This document shows positions 1-12,204 of a stretch of 64,000 nt of DNA, piece after piece. Position numbers and translations under genes: made by a program. The stretch covers positions 2,232,001-2,296,000 of the forward strand of contig OY740815.1 in NCBI GenBank assembly GCA_963514005.1. The letters run 5' to 3'. This DNA is from Raja brachyura (lineage: Eukaryota). Position 1 is the stretch's first letter; every line of letters begins with the position of its first letter. Below the pieces are notes generated by a model. That model was not told the origin of the DNA. It worked only from the letters and a program-made list of their open reading frames with translations, and ran no database searches.

Positions 1-3000
1 GAGCGTTCATATATGCCTATCACCTGTTACACAAACTTACAGCGACCACTTTATAACCAATGAAGCTTGCTCAAGAGTCGAGTGTGTTTTATTGTCTAAT
101 GTCCCAGATAAAACGATTAAATTCTTACTTGCAGCAGCACAATATGATTTGGACATATTTTGAAAAAGGCTTTATACTTGGAAAAACTAGACCATGGATG
201 TTCTGATTTTTTTCATGAAAAGTCTTTTCTTTTCGGGGGGGGGGGGGGGAGTATTTTCTGTTGAAATATTCCACAACTTTCTTTTCCATTTTTGACATCT
301 GCTTTGCAGTAACACAGCGACTCTGTCAACAGCAATCCAGCACGCAAAAATTAAAAAATAAATCCAATTGTGCAGAAAAAGGGTTGCACTTTTGAACCTA
401 CACAAATGACAAAATAATTAAGAATAATTACAGTAAAGGGTAAATCAACCAATAGTATAATCTGATATCCTGTATAATGAGTGTATGAAAGAATAGCAGA
501 TGCTGGTTTAAATCGAAGGTCGACACATCCAGTAGAGTGACATATGTGACCTGTTTGAAATTGCTGTAACTTGGAAGTGCAGGGTTGATTACTTCATGAA
601 CACAGAGATGAAGACATTTAGCACCTCCAGCTTGTGCAGGGATTATATCCACCACCAAAGATAACAGGAATTCTTGGGGGTAACTCCGCAGGACAGACAG
701 CATCTCTGGAGAGAAGGAATGGGTGATGTTTTGGGTCGAGACCCTTCTTCAGACAGATGACACATCACCCGTTCCTTCTCTCCAGAGAAGCTGTCTGTCT
801 CGCTGAGTTACTCCTGCATTTTGTGTCTATCTTTGATTTAAACCAGCATCTGCAGTTTCTTCCTACGCAGGGATCCTTGGGGATTGTGGTCGATTGTAGT
901 AAAGTTGTCACACATCTCTTTGGCCTTAAAGCCGTGACCACCCAGGGGAAAAGGTTCTGACTGAATACTCTATCTATGCCTCTCAAAATTGTATATATTT
1001 CTCCCCTCAAACCTTCTTCTGCAGCCTCTCCAAAGCCTCCACATCCTTCCTGTAATAGGGTGACCAAACGCCATGCATTACTCCAAACACAGCTTGAGCC
1101 AAAATATATTTCCTACAGTCGAGTTGTCCTCAGCTACAGGATACTCTACTCAGTAACTGTAACGATTTGTAACGGTATACAAATGCTGTCTTTTGTTAAA
1201 TCAATTGATTTTGTATTATTATTTTTCAAAATTATGTAACTATTTCTGCATTTAACAATTTAATAATCTAACACTCTAATAATTTATAAACTTAAGATAT
1301 TTCAAATCAATCAAAAAGATCAAATAAACAAAATCACTTGAAATGGCCCAAAATGAAAATTATTTTATTTTTAAGCAGTTGGAGTGTTCAAATCTAATTC
1401 TAAATCTGATATGTTTGTGTCTGGAACTGCAGATGTTCACGTAATTTTCTACATTAAATAGAATTTTGCATGACCATTGTGAAATTAAAATTGATACAAC
1501 TTCTTCCAATTTCAATTCAGATTAATATTTTATTAGCTGAAAGGGAACATATATTTGATAAAGCATAGTGAAAGAGAACGCACACAATTACACGCACAAC
1601 AGTAAGGTCAACCATGCTGCTCTTTCTTCTTGTACCGTTGCAAATGATTGCAAAAATAAAAATAAAGTGTATGTCCATAAACGCCAGCACTTACACCAAA
1701 CGATAAAAGGTGGCGAGTTGAACACAACTTGTGAAGTTTGTAGCACCAAGTTATTTGTGATACTGTCCTTAAAATGTAACACAAGCTACTCAATTTATAA
1801 GTTGGGAGAGGAGCAGAACTTTTCATTACTCATATATTATTACCATAAGTAAGCAGCTCTAAACCCGATCTAGAATGTGTGTCACTGACAAGAATATTGG
1901 TGTTGGTTTATTCTTGTGTCTCGCAAGAGACATTGAAGCGTGCTATCCAAGCGATTCACGCCAGACACGAGGACATCAGGTAGTGCAAAAGAGAAAACAG
2001 AGTTGAGAATAGCGTAACAGCAACGGAGAAACTGCAGATACATTAAAAGTGCAAGGGCCACAACAAGGTAGATTGAGAGATCAGGTGCAAGTATAGGAGG
2101 AGTTAACAGGGGGTGGGTACCTGGTCTATGTGTAGGAAAGAACTGTAGATGCTGGTTTACACCGATGATAGCAAGCATGTTTATTTATATAACACATTTC
2201 AGCAACAAAGCAATTCAAAGTGCTTTACACAAAGCATTAAAGAGCAATCAAAAGCAATTAAAAACAGTCATTAAAAAGATTAGAAAATAAAAACAAGCTA
2301 AAATATAATAAGACTAGTATAAAATACAAGAATAAAAGTCACAGTTATAGACTCAAAACGCTGGAGTAGCCCGGTGGGACAGGCAGCGTCTCTGGAGAGA
2401 AGGAATGGGTGACGTTTCAGGTTGAGACCCTTCTTCAGACAGAGTCGGGAGAGGTCTATGTGATTCACAACTATCTGCAGTTCCGTGCAGAGTTGGGCCA
2501 AGCAGTTGCAAAGCTGTGCTGCATCCTGATAGATGCTGCCTCACCCGCTGAGTTTCTCCAGCATTTTTGTCTACCTGCACCCTGACTAGATGCCTTCTAT
2601 GGTACATCTGTGGAAATTAGTAGGAGGGAAGAGGTGGCATGCCAAACTTCCTTAGCCTTCTGAGGCTAAAGGCATTGGTCTGCCATCCAGGCTGCAGCTT
2701 CAAGGTGGCTGGATGAGGATGAATTGTTGGCGGGATTTACACTGAGGAACCTGAAGTTCTCAACCTTCACCACGTCAGCACTGTTGATACAGCCAGGAGG
2801 GTCCTCCGCCCCACTTCATTAAGAATAAGGAGTAAGCCACTTAGAACGGAGATGAGGAAACACTTTTTCTCACAGAGAGTGGCGAGTCTGTGGAATTCTC
2901 TGCCTCACAGGGCAGTGGAGGCAGGTTCTCTGGATGCTTTCAAGAGAGAGCTAGATAGGGCTCTTAAAAATTGTGGAGTCAGGGGATATGGGGAGAAAGC

Positions 3001-4606
3001 TGGAACGGGGTACTGATTGGGGATGATCAGCCATGATCACATTGAATGGGGCGGTGCTGGCTCAAAGGGCCAAATGGCCTACTCCTGCACCTATTGTCTA
3101 TTGTCTATTTTACTGACATTGAGGGAGAGAGGGGGGAGAGATTGGTGCTGTTTGTTTTTTACTCCAGATTACAATATCTGCAGTCTAACCTCCGTTAAAT
3201 CTAATGAATGTTTCCTCTCGAAGCCGTAATATATAGTTCAAATTCCTCCCCCCACGCGCCACCCCCCCCCCAAACTCACCAACAGAATAGACAACCTAAA
3301 GATTTAACAAACTGAAAGAAGAACCACACATCCATCACTTACATGCAACCTCAAAATATTGATGCATGCACTCGATAAGTAAAACAAACTGTTGTCAAAT
3401 TTCAGGTAATATTTCATGATCTTTAGAGAACTGGGCTCACATAGTTTAACTCAACTCAAAACAATGTTGCACGTTTCTGGGAATCAAAACCCTTCTTCAG
3501 ACTCTTCAAAAATCTAGGTTCTATCATCAGTGTGAAGAAGGGTCTCGACCCTAAACGTCACCCATTCCTTCTCTCCAGAGATGCTGCCTGTCCCGCTGAG
3601 CTACTCCAGCATTTTGTGTCCATCTTCGGTTTAAACCAGCACGCGTAGTTCCTTCCCACACATGCCAGAAACAGTTCAGGCTCACACAGCAAGACACAGC
3701 AGCCGAATGGTGCTCGTGCCAAGGATAGAGAAGCTATGCCCCAAGCAACCTAAAGCATCATAACTTGGACCGCTAGATGTAGAGGGATTGGAGCCAAACG
3801 TGGCGAGGTGACACTGGTTTAGAGGGATATGGGCCAAAAGCGGACAGGTCGGCATGGGTCAACTTGTCTATGCCGGCCAAGATGCCCCTGGATGAGTTAG
3901 GCCAAGTTAGGGTAAGTTGGGCCAAAGTGATATATAACTTGTGAGACAGACATATGTGAGAGGAGCAGAATTAGGCCATTTGGCCCATCAAGTCTACCCC
4001 ACCATTCCATGACGGCTGATCTATCTCTCCCTCCTAACCCCATTGTCCTGCCTTCTCCCCATTACCCTTGACACCCATAGTAATGATGAATCAATCTATC
4101 TCTGCCTTAAACATATGCATTGACTTGGCCTCCACAACCTTCTGAGGCAATGTGGTTCACCACCCTCCGACTCAACATGGCTGCATACAGCCAGGTGGGA
4201 GACCCATACGAGCCAGAGCATCCACGTTAGCCAGAGGTACGATGACCCACATTGCCACCTCAAAGCAAACCTCTTGCAAATCTTTTGTGAAAGTATTCTG
4301 CGTACAAGCCAAGTAGAGAACGGGACACTAATATTTATTGGCTTTGCAATGATCAACTAAGTAAGCAATCTCTAAACTGTACTTATTTATCAAAAGAATT
4401 AAAGGGGGTTGTATGGAAATTATCAGTGACGTTGAGTTAAGTTTGGAAACGGTCTAACTGTGAATGTTGCAGGAGTTTGCATTGTTTGATGTTACCTGGC
4501 CAGTACTTCCCTTCTGCTCCACTAGTTTTACAAACATGTTGTAAATATTTGTATTCATTATTTTTCATTCATGACTAAATACTACACCGCAGTTCCCTAA
4601 TTGTGC

Positions 4607-4612
4607 TTTATT
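4607..4612 (-). terminator. Candidate POLB polyadenylation signal AATAAA (second candidate at 4334-4339)
   Basis: tttatt on + strand about 220 nt past the POLB stop, in unique AT-rich sequence. Confidence 0.5.
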
Positions 4613-4829
4613 GATATTACTGCATGGGACCTTGAACAAACATTGATCTCTATAAATACATAACATGCTAGCCATATGCGCATTACCAAGGCCTTGAATA
4701 AAGATGTTGAGAATTCCTTCTGAAATATTTCACTCGGTTCTATACTTGTCAAGATTCAGCACATTCCCGCTCCCACTGAACCCTGGAGTGTTCTGTGAGG
4801 TGATTCTGTGCGTGATCGTCAGCTGGCAC

Positions 4830-4924
4830 TCACTCACTTCGTTCTTTCGGTTCCCGGTATCGCCATTCAATGTATTCGAAGATGTCGCTTTCACTCTCCA
4901 CTGGTAGCGGCTCGCCAGGGATTC
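4830..4924 (-). CDS. POLB: POLB exon 14, terminal coding part ([31 protein letters not shown])
   Basis: acggcag acceptor; C-terminus matches Pol beta ...YREPKDRSE; TGA at 4832-4830; the 14 exons sum to 1008 nt. Confidence 0.97.
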
Positions 4925-4976
4925 CTGCCGTCAACACAGCACAACGTCAATGATGCAACAACCATTTCACTCAATA

Positions 4977-5972
4977 TGTTAAAGCAGGAACTGCAGATGC
5001 TGGAGAATCGAGGGTTACACAAAAAGCTGGAGAAACTCAGCGGGTGCAGCAGCATCTAAGGAGCGAAGGAGATAGGCGACGTTTCGGGTCGAGACCCTTC
5101 TTCAGACTGGTCAGGGATCAGGGAAACGATATAGACGGTGATGTGGAGAGATAAAGAACAATCAATGAAAGATATGCAAAAAAGTATCGATGATAATGGA
5201 AACAGGCCATTGTAAGCTGTTTGTAGTGTGAAAATGAGAAGCTAGTGCGACTTGGGTGGGGGAGAGATAGAGAGAGAAGGAATGCCAGGGCCCGAGGCCT
5301 GAGGGAGAGGTGGGAAGGGGAGGAGGCAGCCTGGGTTAACAGAATTGAGGAAATTCAAAGTTTAAGCCCAGAGGATGCAGACTCCCCAAGCGGAATATGA
5401 GGTGCTGTTCCTCCAACTTGCGGTGTTGCTCACACTGGCCGTGGAGAAGGCCCAGAACGGAGAGGTCGGATACGGAATGGGAGGGGGAGTTGAAGTGCTG
5501 AGCCACCGGGAGGTCGGGTTGGTTATTGCGGACCGTGCGGAGGTGTTCGGCGAAACGATCGCCCAGCCTCCGCTTGGTCTCACCGATGTAGATCAGCTGG
5601 CATCTGGAGCAACGGATGCAGTAGATGAGGTTGGTCTCCTCCATACCCCGCAACACTGCCCTCTCTCCCCATTCCCCCACTCACAACAAGGGCAGAGTCC
5701 CCCTGGTCCTCACCTTTCACCCCACCAGCCAGCACATACAACAGATAGTCCTCCGCCAGTTTCGCCACCTCCAACGCGACCCCTCCACTCGCCACATCTT
5801 TTTTGCATATCTTTCATTCGTTCTTTATCTCTCCACATCACCATCTATATCTCTCGTTTGCCTGATCCCTGACCAGTCTGAAGAAGGGTCTCGACCCCAA
5901 ACGTCGCCTATCTCCTTCGCTCCTTAGATGCTGCTGCACCCGCTGAGTTTCTCCAGTTTTTTGTGTAACCCC
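4977..5972 (-). mobile_element. Penelope-like element: GIY-YIG endonuclease fragment with inverted pseudo-LTRs
   Basis: ORF 5336-5680 NLIYCIRCSRCQLIYIGET...RFAEH...PVAQHFN; ~5010-5183 is inverted relative to ~5797-5971; 15-bp TSD ccatttcactcaata at 4962-4976 and 5973-5987. Confidence 0.88.
5078..5107 (-). ncRNA. Minimal type I hammerhead ribozyme core (Penelope pLTR), sense to POLB pre-mRNA
   Basis: Minus strand GTCTGAAGAAGGGTCTCGACCCGAAACGTC = CUGAAGA, stem II GGGUC/GACCC, GAAA, palindromic ACGU, GUC site. Confidence 0.65.
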
Positions 5973-6097
5973 CCATTTCACTCAATACATCAACTCAGTG
6001 TGCAAGAAAACTGGCGCGGCAGTAGAGTTGCCGTTTTACAGCATCAGAGACCTTGGTTTGATCCTTCCCTCAGGTGCTGTCTGTACAGAGTGTAGGG

Positions 6098-6464
6098 CAG
6101 GGGTCGGCAACCTACTGCCCCCGGGCCGAATGCGGCCCGTAACCCGTAATCACCCGGCCCACAGGCGCCGAGCTCTGGCTGTACCGCATCCTGCGCAAAG
6201 CCGCCAGCACGGCTGCGCACCTTCTGTGAACACGTTTAAGAAAAAACTTCAGATGCTGCAAAAATCGAAGGTAGACATGCAAGGATTGCATGATGCTGCC
6301 TCACCTGCTGAGTTTCTCCAGCACTTTTGTCTACCTTCTGTGAGCGCATGATTTGATGCCTGCCATCCGGGGCGGGATCCATGTGTACTCGTGATAGATG
6401 TGGCCCGCCATCCGCTCACAGACATGCGTCCTGGCCTCTATAGAGAACATATTGCCCACCCCTG
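6098..6464. mobile_element. hAT (Charlie-like) non-autonomous element with a nested Penelope mini-element (6230-6332)
   Basis: Ends CAGGGGTCGGCAAC ... ATTGCCCACCCCTG; 8-bp TSD gtgtaggg / gtgtagag (6090-6097, 6465-6472); inner TSD accttctgtga. Confidence 0.75.
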
Positions 6465-6784
6465 GTGTAGAGGAAGGCGAGCCAGGATAAAGAGGTGAGC
6501 AGGAGGGGTGAGACAGGCTGGTCGTGAAGAGACGAAGGGCAGTCAAAATGACAGAGTGAGCACAATGAGAGAGGACTCTTAGAACTCACAGAGGAGAGGA
6601 GAAATTCTTCAAAGTAAGCATACTTCAAAATAATTGAAGAATGCTTACTTGAAGGGGCAGGTGAGGCAGATTGAGGCAGGTACTGACAGCATTTATCTAT
6701 CTTCATTTAAAAGCATTTTAAAAGCATCTTCATTTAAGACAGCATTGAAAAGACATTTTGACAGGTACATGAATAAGAGAGGTT

Positions 6785-6925
6785 CTTCTTCTCCTTGCGT
6801 GTGGCGTGCACAGCCTAAAGTTGCAGGACAACTTGTTCTATTTGATCTTATTTGATTGTGCACGCCAGGTTGATTGCATTTGTCGAAACAGGGCGGACCA
6901 CGTGAAGGTTGCAATCTCCCACCCC
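6785..6925 (-). mobile_element. Short (AGA)n-tailed retroposon inserted into a CR1 3' UTR
   Basis: Minus strand ends ...gtgcacgccacacgcaaggagaagaagaa; CR1 UTR continues on both sides with a degenerate duplication. Confidence 0.5.
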
Positions 6926-7324
6926 GATAGGGGAGGTTGAGGCATATGGACCAAAACACGGAATGGTGGCACTACAGTAGATGGGGCATCCTGGTCAGTA
7001 TGGGGAAGTTGGGTCGAAGGGCCTGATTCCATGCTCGATGACTCTATGAGAATCCGAGTGGAATGCAGTAATGGGATGGAGACACAAGCAACTGCAGCTG
7101 TGGAATGTGGAGCAAAGACTAGATGGCTGCAGGAACGGGCAGCAGCTGTAGAGACTGTGAGATGTTGACATTTCTAACCTAGCCATCACAGCTTATGAAG
7201 ATACAAGGACCTGCAGATGATGGAATACAGAGCGAAATATGAAGTGCTGGAGTAACTCAGCAGGTCAGGCAGCATCTGTGGAGGGAAACGGACAGGCAGT
7301 GTTTCGTATTTGGGATCTTCCTTA

Positions 7325-7659
7325 AGGGCCTGACCCACTTACCCGATTTTTTCGGTGGCTTGCTGGCAGCCGTCATAGTTGCAGCAGGTTGCCGAAAATG
7401 TTCAACATGTTGAAAATCCAGCAGCGACCAGAAAAAGGTACGACTCTTTGGCCGACTACTCACAACCATACAGGCGTCACGTGCTGATATATCGTGGGGT
7501 GACGCCTGTTTGGTGGTGAGTAGTCGCCCAAAGAGCCGCACCTTTTTCTGGTCGCCGCTGGATTTTCAACATTTTGACATTTTTCGGCGACCTGCTGCGA
7601 CTATGACGGGTGCCGGCAGTCGCCAAAAAAAAAAACCAATTGCATGTGGGACAGGTCTG
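7325..7659. mobile_element. PIF/Harbinger-like palindromic MITE inserted in a Penelope fold-back remnant
   Basis: TAA then AGGGCCTGACCCACTT ... GTGGGACAGGTC ends; long internal inverted repeat; partial copies at 20478-20582 and 22807-22966. Confidence 0.7.
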
Positions 7660-8654
7660 TCGATTCCCTCCCACCCCACCAAGATGCTGTTTGACCCGCG
7701 GACTTCCAGCATTTTGTGCTTTTCTCCGCAGCTTGGAGTCATAATCATCTGCAGTTGGACGAGATTCGAAAACCTCACCGGTAGGGCTGACAGACAATCA
7801 TTTGCATCCCATGCGGTCCAGGGCAGCCTGACACACTAATTTCACATCAGAACGTGGTCAGTTTGGCATCGAAAGTTTCTTCCAACACATGTAACTTCAC
7901 AATAAAACAGACCTTTCAGTTTTCAATGAATGTACCACTTGTAATTTAGAATCTCTCCCAGCATTGACCTTCTGTGAGATCATCCCTTTCTTACCACCCA
8001 GGACTAAATGGTCTCAATTGCATTTATCTTAGTAGTGGTGACCCAAACCATTGACGCAGATATAACTTGATGAGATCGGAAAGCTATTTTCACACCACAA
8101 TCAAAAACATATCGTACCACAGTACAGACGTTTATTGCATTCTCTCTAAGGTTTCTTTGAGTAGAGAAATATTAAAAAAAAAGTATTTTATTGAAACCAT
8201 CATTAAATGTTGTCTAACATACGTGGTGTCAGATCTATAACAAACTAGTTTTTCAGCCAAGCTCTCCTGCTCCACATATGCCTCCCATCCTCTACTCCCA
8301 ACATTATAAACATAGTATAATAAATGATTGTAGACTCATAGAGATAGAGCACTGAAACAGGCCCTTCGGCCCACTGACTCCATACTGACCATCAACCACC
8401 CACTAACCATATCCAACTTTACTCTCTCTATATTGTCATCAATTCCCTACACACAGCACCAGGAGTACCCGGAGTATTGTGTGCAGTTTTGGTCCCCTAA
8501 TTTGAGGAAGGACATTCGTGCTATTGAGGGAGTGCAGCATAGGTTTATGAGGTTAATTCCCGGGATGGCGGGACTGTCATATGCTGAGAGAATGGAGCGG
8601 CTGGACTTGTATGTAGAACGATGAGAGGGGATCTTATTGAAACATATAAGATTA

Positions 8655-11600
8655 AGATTTCAAGATGGCGTCGCGTGCACAACGCGAGGCTCTGCGTCTC
8701 CGTAGTTTTAGCGAGATAGTTTTTTTTTTCCTATTTATACTTACCTTAGTTTTCGCCCGGAGCACTCGAGCGAAGACTCTGTACGGCCGTCAGGAGCTAC
8801 TGGAGCTCGGACGTCTCTACGAACCGGACACCAGAAGCCACAACTTTAAACTGCCGCCGGAGATCATCAGGTCACCGTGGTCTCGCGGACCCGCTCTCCC
8901 AACAGGTAGTGTCCGGAGGCGGCGCAGGGACCGCAAACAGCGACGTGGGAAACGCGGAGGCCACCGGGCTAGGCTGAGATCAGACCCGCACCAGCCAGCT
9001 CTGCCCAGCATCTTCCTCGCGAACGTCCGGTCCCTGGTGAGTAAAACCGACGAACTTCGGCTGCGCATCACCACACACAGACGGATCGCCGACCGCAACG
9101 CCATGGTCTTCACCGAGACATGGCTCACCGACAACATTCCCGACAACGCCGTCGAGCTGGAGGGGCGCACTGTCTTCAGGGCCGACAGATCTGCGGAGGA
9201 ATCCGGTAAGACCAAGGGCGGCGGACTGTGCATCTATGTAAACAACTCATGGTGCACAGACGCTGTCAGGATTGGTAGCCACTGCTCTGCTGACCTAGAA
9301 TACCTGATGTTAAAGTGCAGGCCCTTCTATCTTCCCAGGGAATTCACATCGACTTTTTTTAAATTTTTTTTTAAAATTTCAAAATAGACTTTATTCAAGT
9401 AATAAATATTTACAATACATCAACCGTGCGAAAAATCCATCCGACATTTTCGGAGGCTATACAAATTCTTCCATGCAGTCTATATACATTTTTCAAATTT
9501 TACTAATTAATCCCCCACCCGTGCCACTCATGTGGCCCCCCGGCATGGGATACCTTCCCTTATTTTGAGGGGCGTCTCCACCATACAGTGCCCCCCATGT
9601 CCAGCAGCGGAAGGACCTTAGACTGTGGCCCTCCCCCACCGAATTCACATCGACTGTCATCACTGCAGTCTATGTACCCCCGGACGCTAATGCCAGGCTT
9701 GCAATGGAAGAGCTGCAAGCTGCTATCAGCAAACAACTAACTGCCCACCCAGAGGGGGCTTTTATTGTTGCTGGCGATTTTAACCACTCCAACCTAAAAA
9801 CTGTGCTCCCCAGATTCCACCAACATGTCTCCTGCCCAACCAGAGGTAACAATATTTTGGACCTAGTATATACTAATATTACTGAAGCATACAAAGCCCT
9901 TCCCCTCCCCCACCTGGGACAGTCTGATCACCTCTCTTTGTTCCTGCTCCCCAAATACACACCTCTGATCAGACGTGTGAAACCTACCGCGAGGACAGTG
10001 AAGGTCTGGCCTGAGGGGGCTGTCTCTGTCTTACAGGAACAGTTTCAGCAAACAGACTGGAGTGTGTTTGCCACCCAGGCCACCTTTAACTCCCAAGTGG
10101 ACATAAATTCATACACCTCAACTGTTCTGGACTACATAAGATTCTGCACTGATAACGTCACCACCCATAAAGTGATAAAGACCTTCCCTAATCAGAAGCT
10201 GTGGATGAGCAGGGAGGTCAGACTCCTGCTGAAGGCTCGAGACGCCGCTTTTAAATCTGGCGACGCTGAGGGATACAGCTCATCCAGGGCCAATCTGAAA
10301 AAGGGAATTAGGAATGCTAAACTCAATCACAAGCAGCGGATTGAGGAGCATTTCCGAAACAACTCTGACCCCAGGCGCATGTGGCAAGGAATTAAGTCCA
10401 TTGCCGACTACCATAAAATCAACACCCCCCCCCGGACAACGCCTCCCTTCCTAATGAGCTAAACCACTTCTATGCTCGCTTTGACCGGGACAACAAAACT
10501 CCCGCCATCAAAGTTGCTCCACCCCCGAATGAACAACCCCTCAGTCTCTCCACCTCTGCTGTACAAGACGCACTGAGCAAGGTGAATGAGCACAAAGCTG
10601 CCGGCCCCGATGGCATCCCCGGGCGGGTGCTCAGGGCATGTGCCGGACAACTATCCCTGGTCCTCACTGACATTTTCAATCTGTCACTGGCCCAGGGTGT
10701 CGTCCCCACTTGCCTCAAGACATCTACCATTGTGCCAGTGCCCAAACAATCAGCGACAGGGAGTCTCAACGACTACCGGCCAGTGGCACTCACCCCTGTC
10801 ATCGCTAAGTGCTTTGAGCGGCTGATCCTGGCTCACCTCAAAGCCAGCCTCCCCCCCACACTGGACTCCCACCAATTTGCCTACCGGTCAAACAGGTCTA
10901 CAGAGGACGCCATATCGACGGCCCTACACTCTGCCCTGACCCACCTGGACAGCAACAACACCTACATCAGGCTGCTGTTTATTGACTTCAGCTCTGCCTT
11001 TAACACTGTCATACCCGCTAGCTTGATCACCAAACTCAGCGGTCTTGGCATCTCCACCTCCCTCTGCAATTGGACACTGGATTTCCTCACTAACAGACCA
11101 CAGTCTGTTAGGGTCAACAACCTCACCTCCTCCACTATAACACTGAACACCGGCGTGCCACAGGGTTGTGTGCTCAGCCCTCTCCTCTACTCCCTCTTCA
11201 CGCATGACTGCATCCCCAAGTATGGCTCCAACGCCATCATAAAATTTGCCGATGACACCACGGTGGTAGGACTGATCAGTGATAATGACGAATCAGCCTA
11301 CAGGGAGGAGGTCCAGCACCTGACTACCTGGTGTGCCAACAATAACCTCGTCCTCAACTCCCAGAAGACGAAGGAAATAATTGTTGACTTTCGGAAGAAC
11401 AGAGGGGGCAGACACACCCCCATCCATATAAACGGGACTGAGGTGGAGCGGGTCTCCAACTCAAATTCCTCGGGGTACACATCTCGGAGGATCTGTCCTG
11501 GTCCCTCAACACCTCAAAGCTAATCAAAAAGGCACAGCAGCGCCTTTACTTTCTGAGGAGGCTCAAAAAAGCCCACCTGTCCCCCCAGATCCTGACGAAC

Positions 11601-12107
11601 TTCTACCGCTGCACCATCGAAAGCATCCTGACCACCTGCTTTACGGTATGGTACAGCAGTTGCACCGTGGCAGACAGGAAGGCACTTCAACGGGTGGTGA
11701 AAACCGCCCAGTACATCGTCGGTGCCCCGCTCCCTGCCTTGGATGCCCTCCACCGAAAACGGTGCCTGAAGCGGGCCGGGAAGATCATCAAGGACCCCTC
11801 ACACCCTAATCATGGACTGTTTGCCCTCCTCCCATCAGGGAGGCGGTACAGGAGCCTCAGGTCCCGCACCAGTAGGACGAAGAACAGCTTCTTCAACTAC
11901 ACCATCCGACTGCTGAACTCGGAGCCCAGCTGATAGATTTGTCTGTACCCTGTATTTATTTATTTTCCATATTGCTACCACTGCACTCTGTATTTATTTT
12001 TCTATATCGCTATCACTAAGAACGACGCTAAACTGCATTTCATTGTACCTATACTTGTATTTGTGCAATGACATTAAACTTGAATTGAATTGAATTGAAT
12101 TGAATTG
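8655..12107 (+). mobile_element. Near full-length Rex1/Babar-type non-LTR retrotransposon (APE endonuclease + RT), disrupted
   Basis: ORF pieces 8665-9354, 9656-10462, 10582-11523, 11667-11933 with APE motifs (LANVRSL, FTETWL, AGDFN, SDH) and RT motifs (QFAYR, GVPQG, KFADD); (GAATT)n 3' tail; TSD aagatta at 8648-8654 and 12108-12114. Confidence 0.9.
9355..9640 (-). mobile_element. 5'-truncated A-tailed retroposon (L1/Tx1-like 3' end) inserted in the Rex element
   Basis: Minus strand ends AATAAAGTCTATTTTG plus an A-rich tail; exact 15-bp TSD gaattcacatcgact at 9340-9354 and 9641-9655; removing it restores the Rex frame (PREFTS|TVITAVY). Clade assignment is inference. Confidence 0.75.
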
Positions 12108-12204
12108 AAGATTATTAAGGGTTTGGACGCGCTAGAGGCAGGAAACATGTTCCCGATGTTGGGGGAGTCCAGAACCAGAGGCCACAGTTTAAGAATAAGG
12201 GGTA

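Noticed and set aside
187-420. Possible minus-strand exon of a downstream gene (acceptor-like tttgtgtag near 398)
   Set aside because: No recognisable protein in any frame and no supporting neighbouring exons
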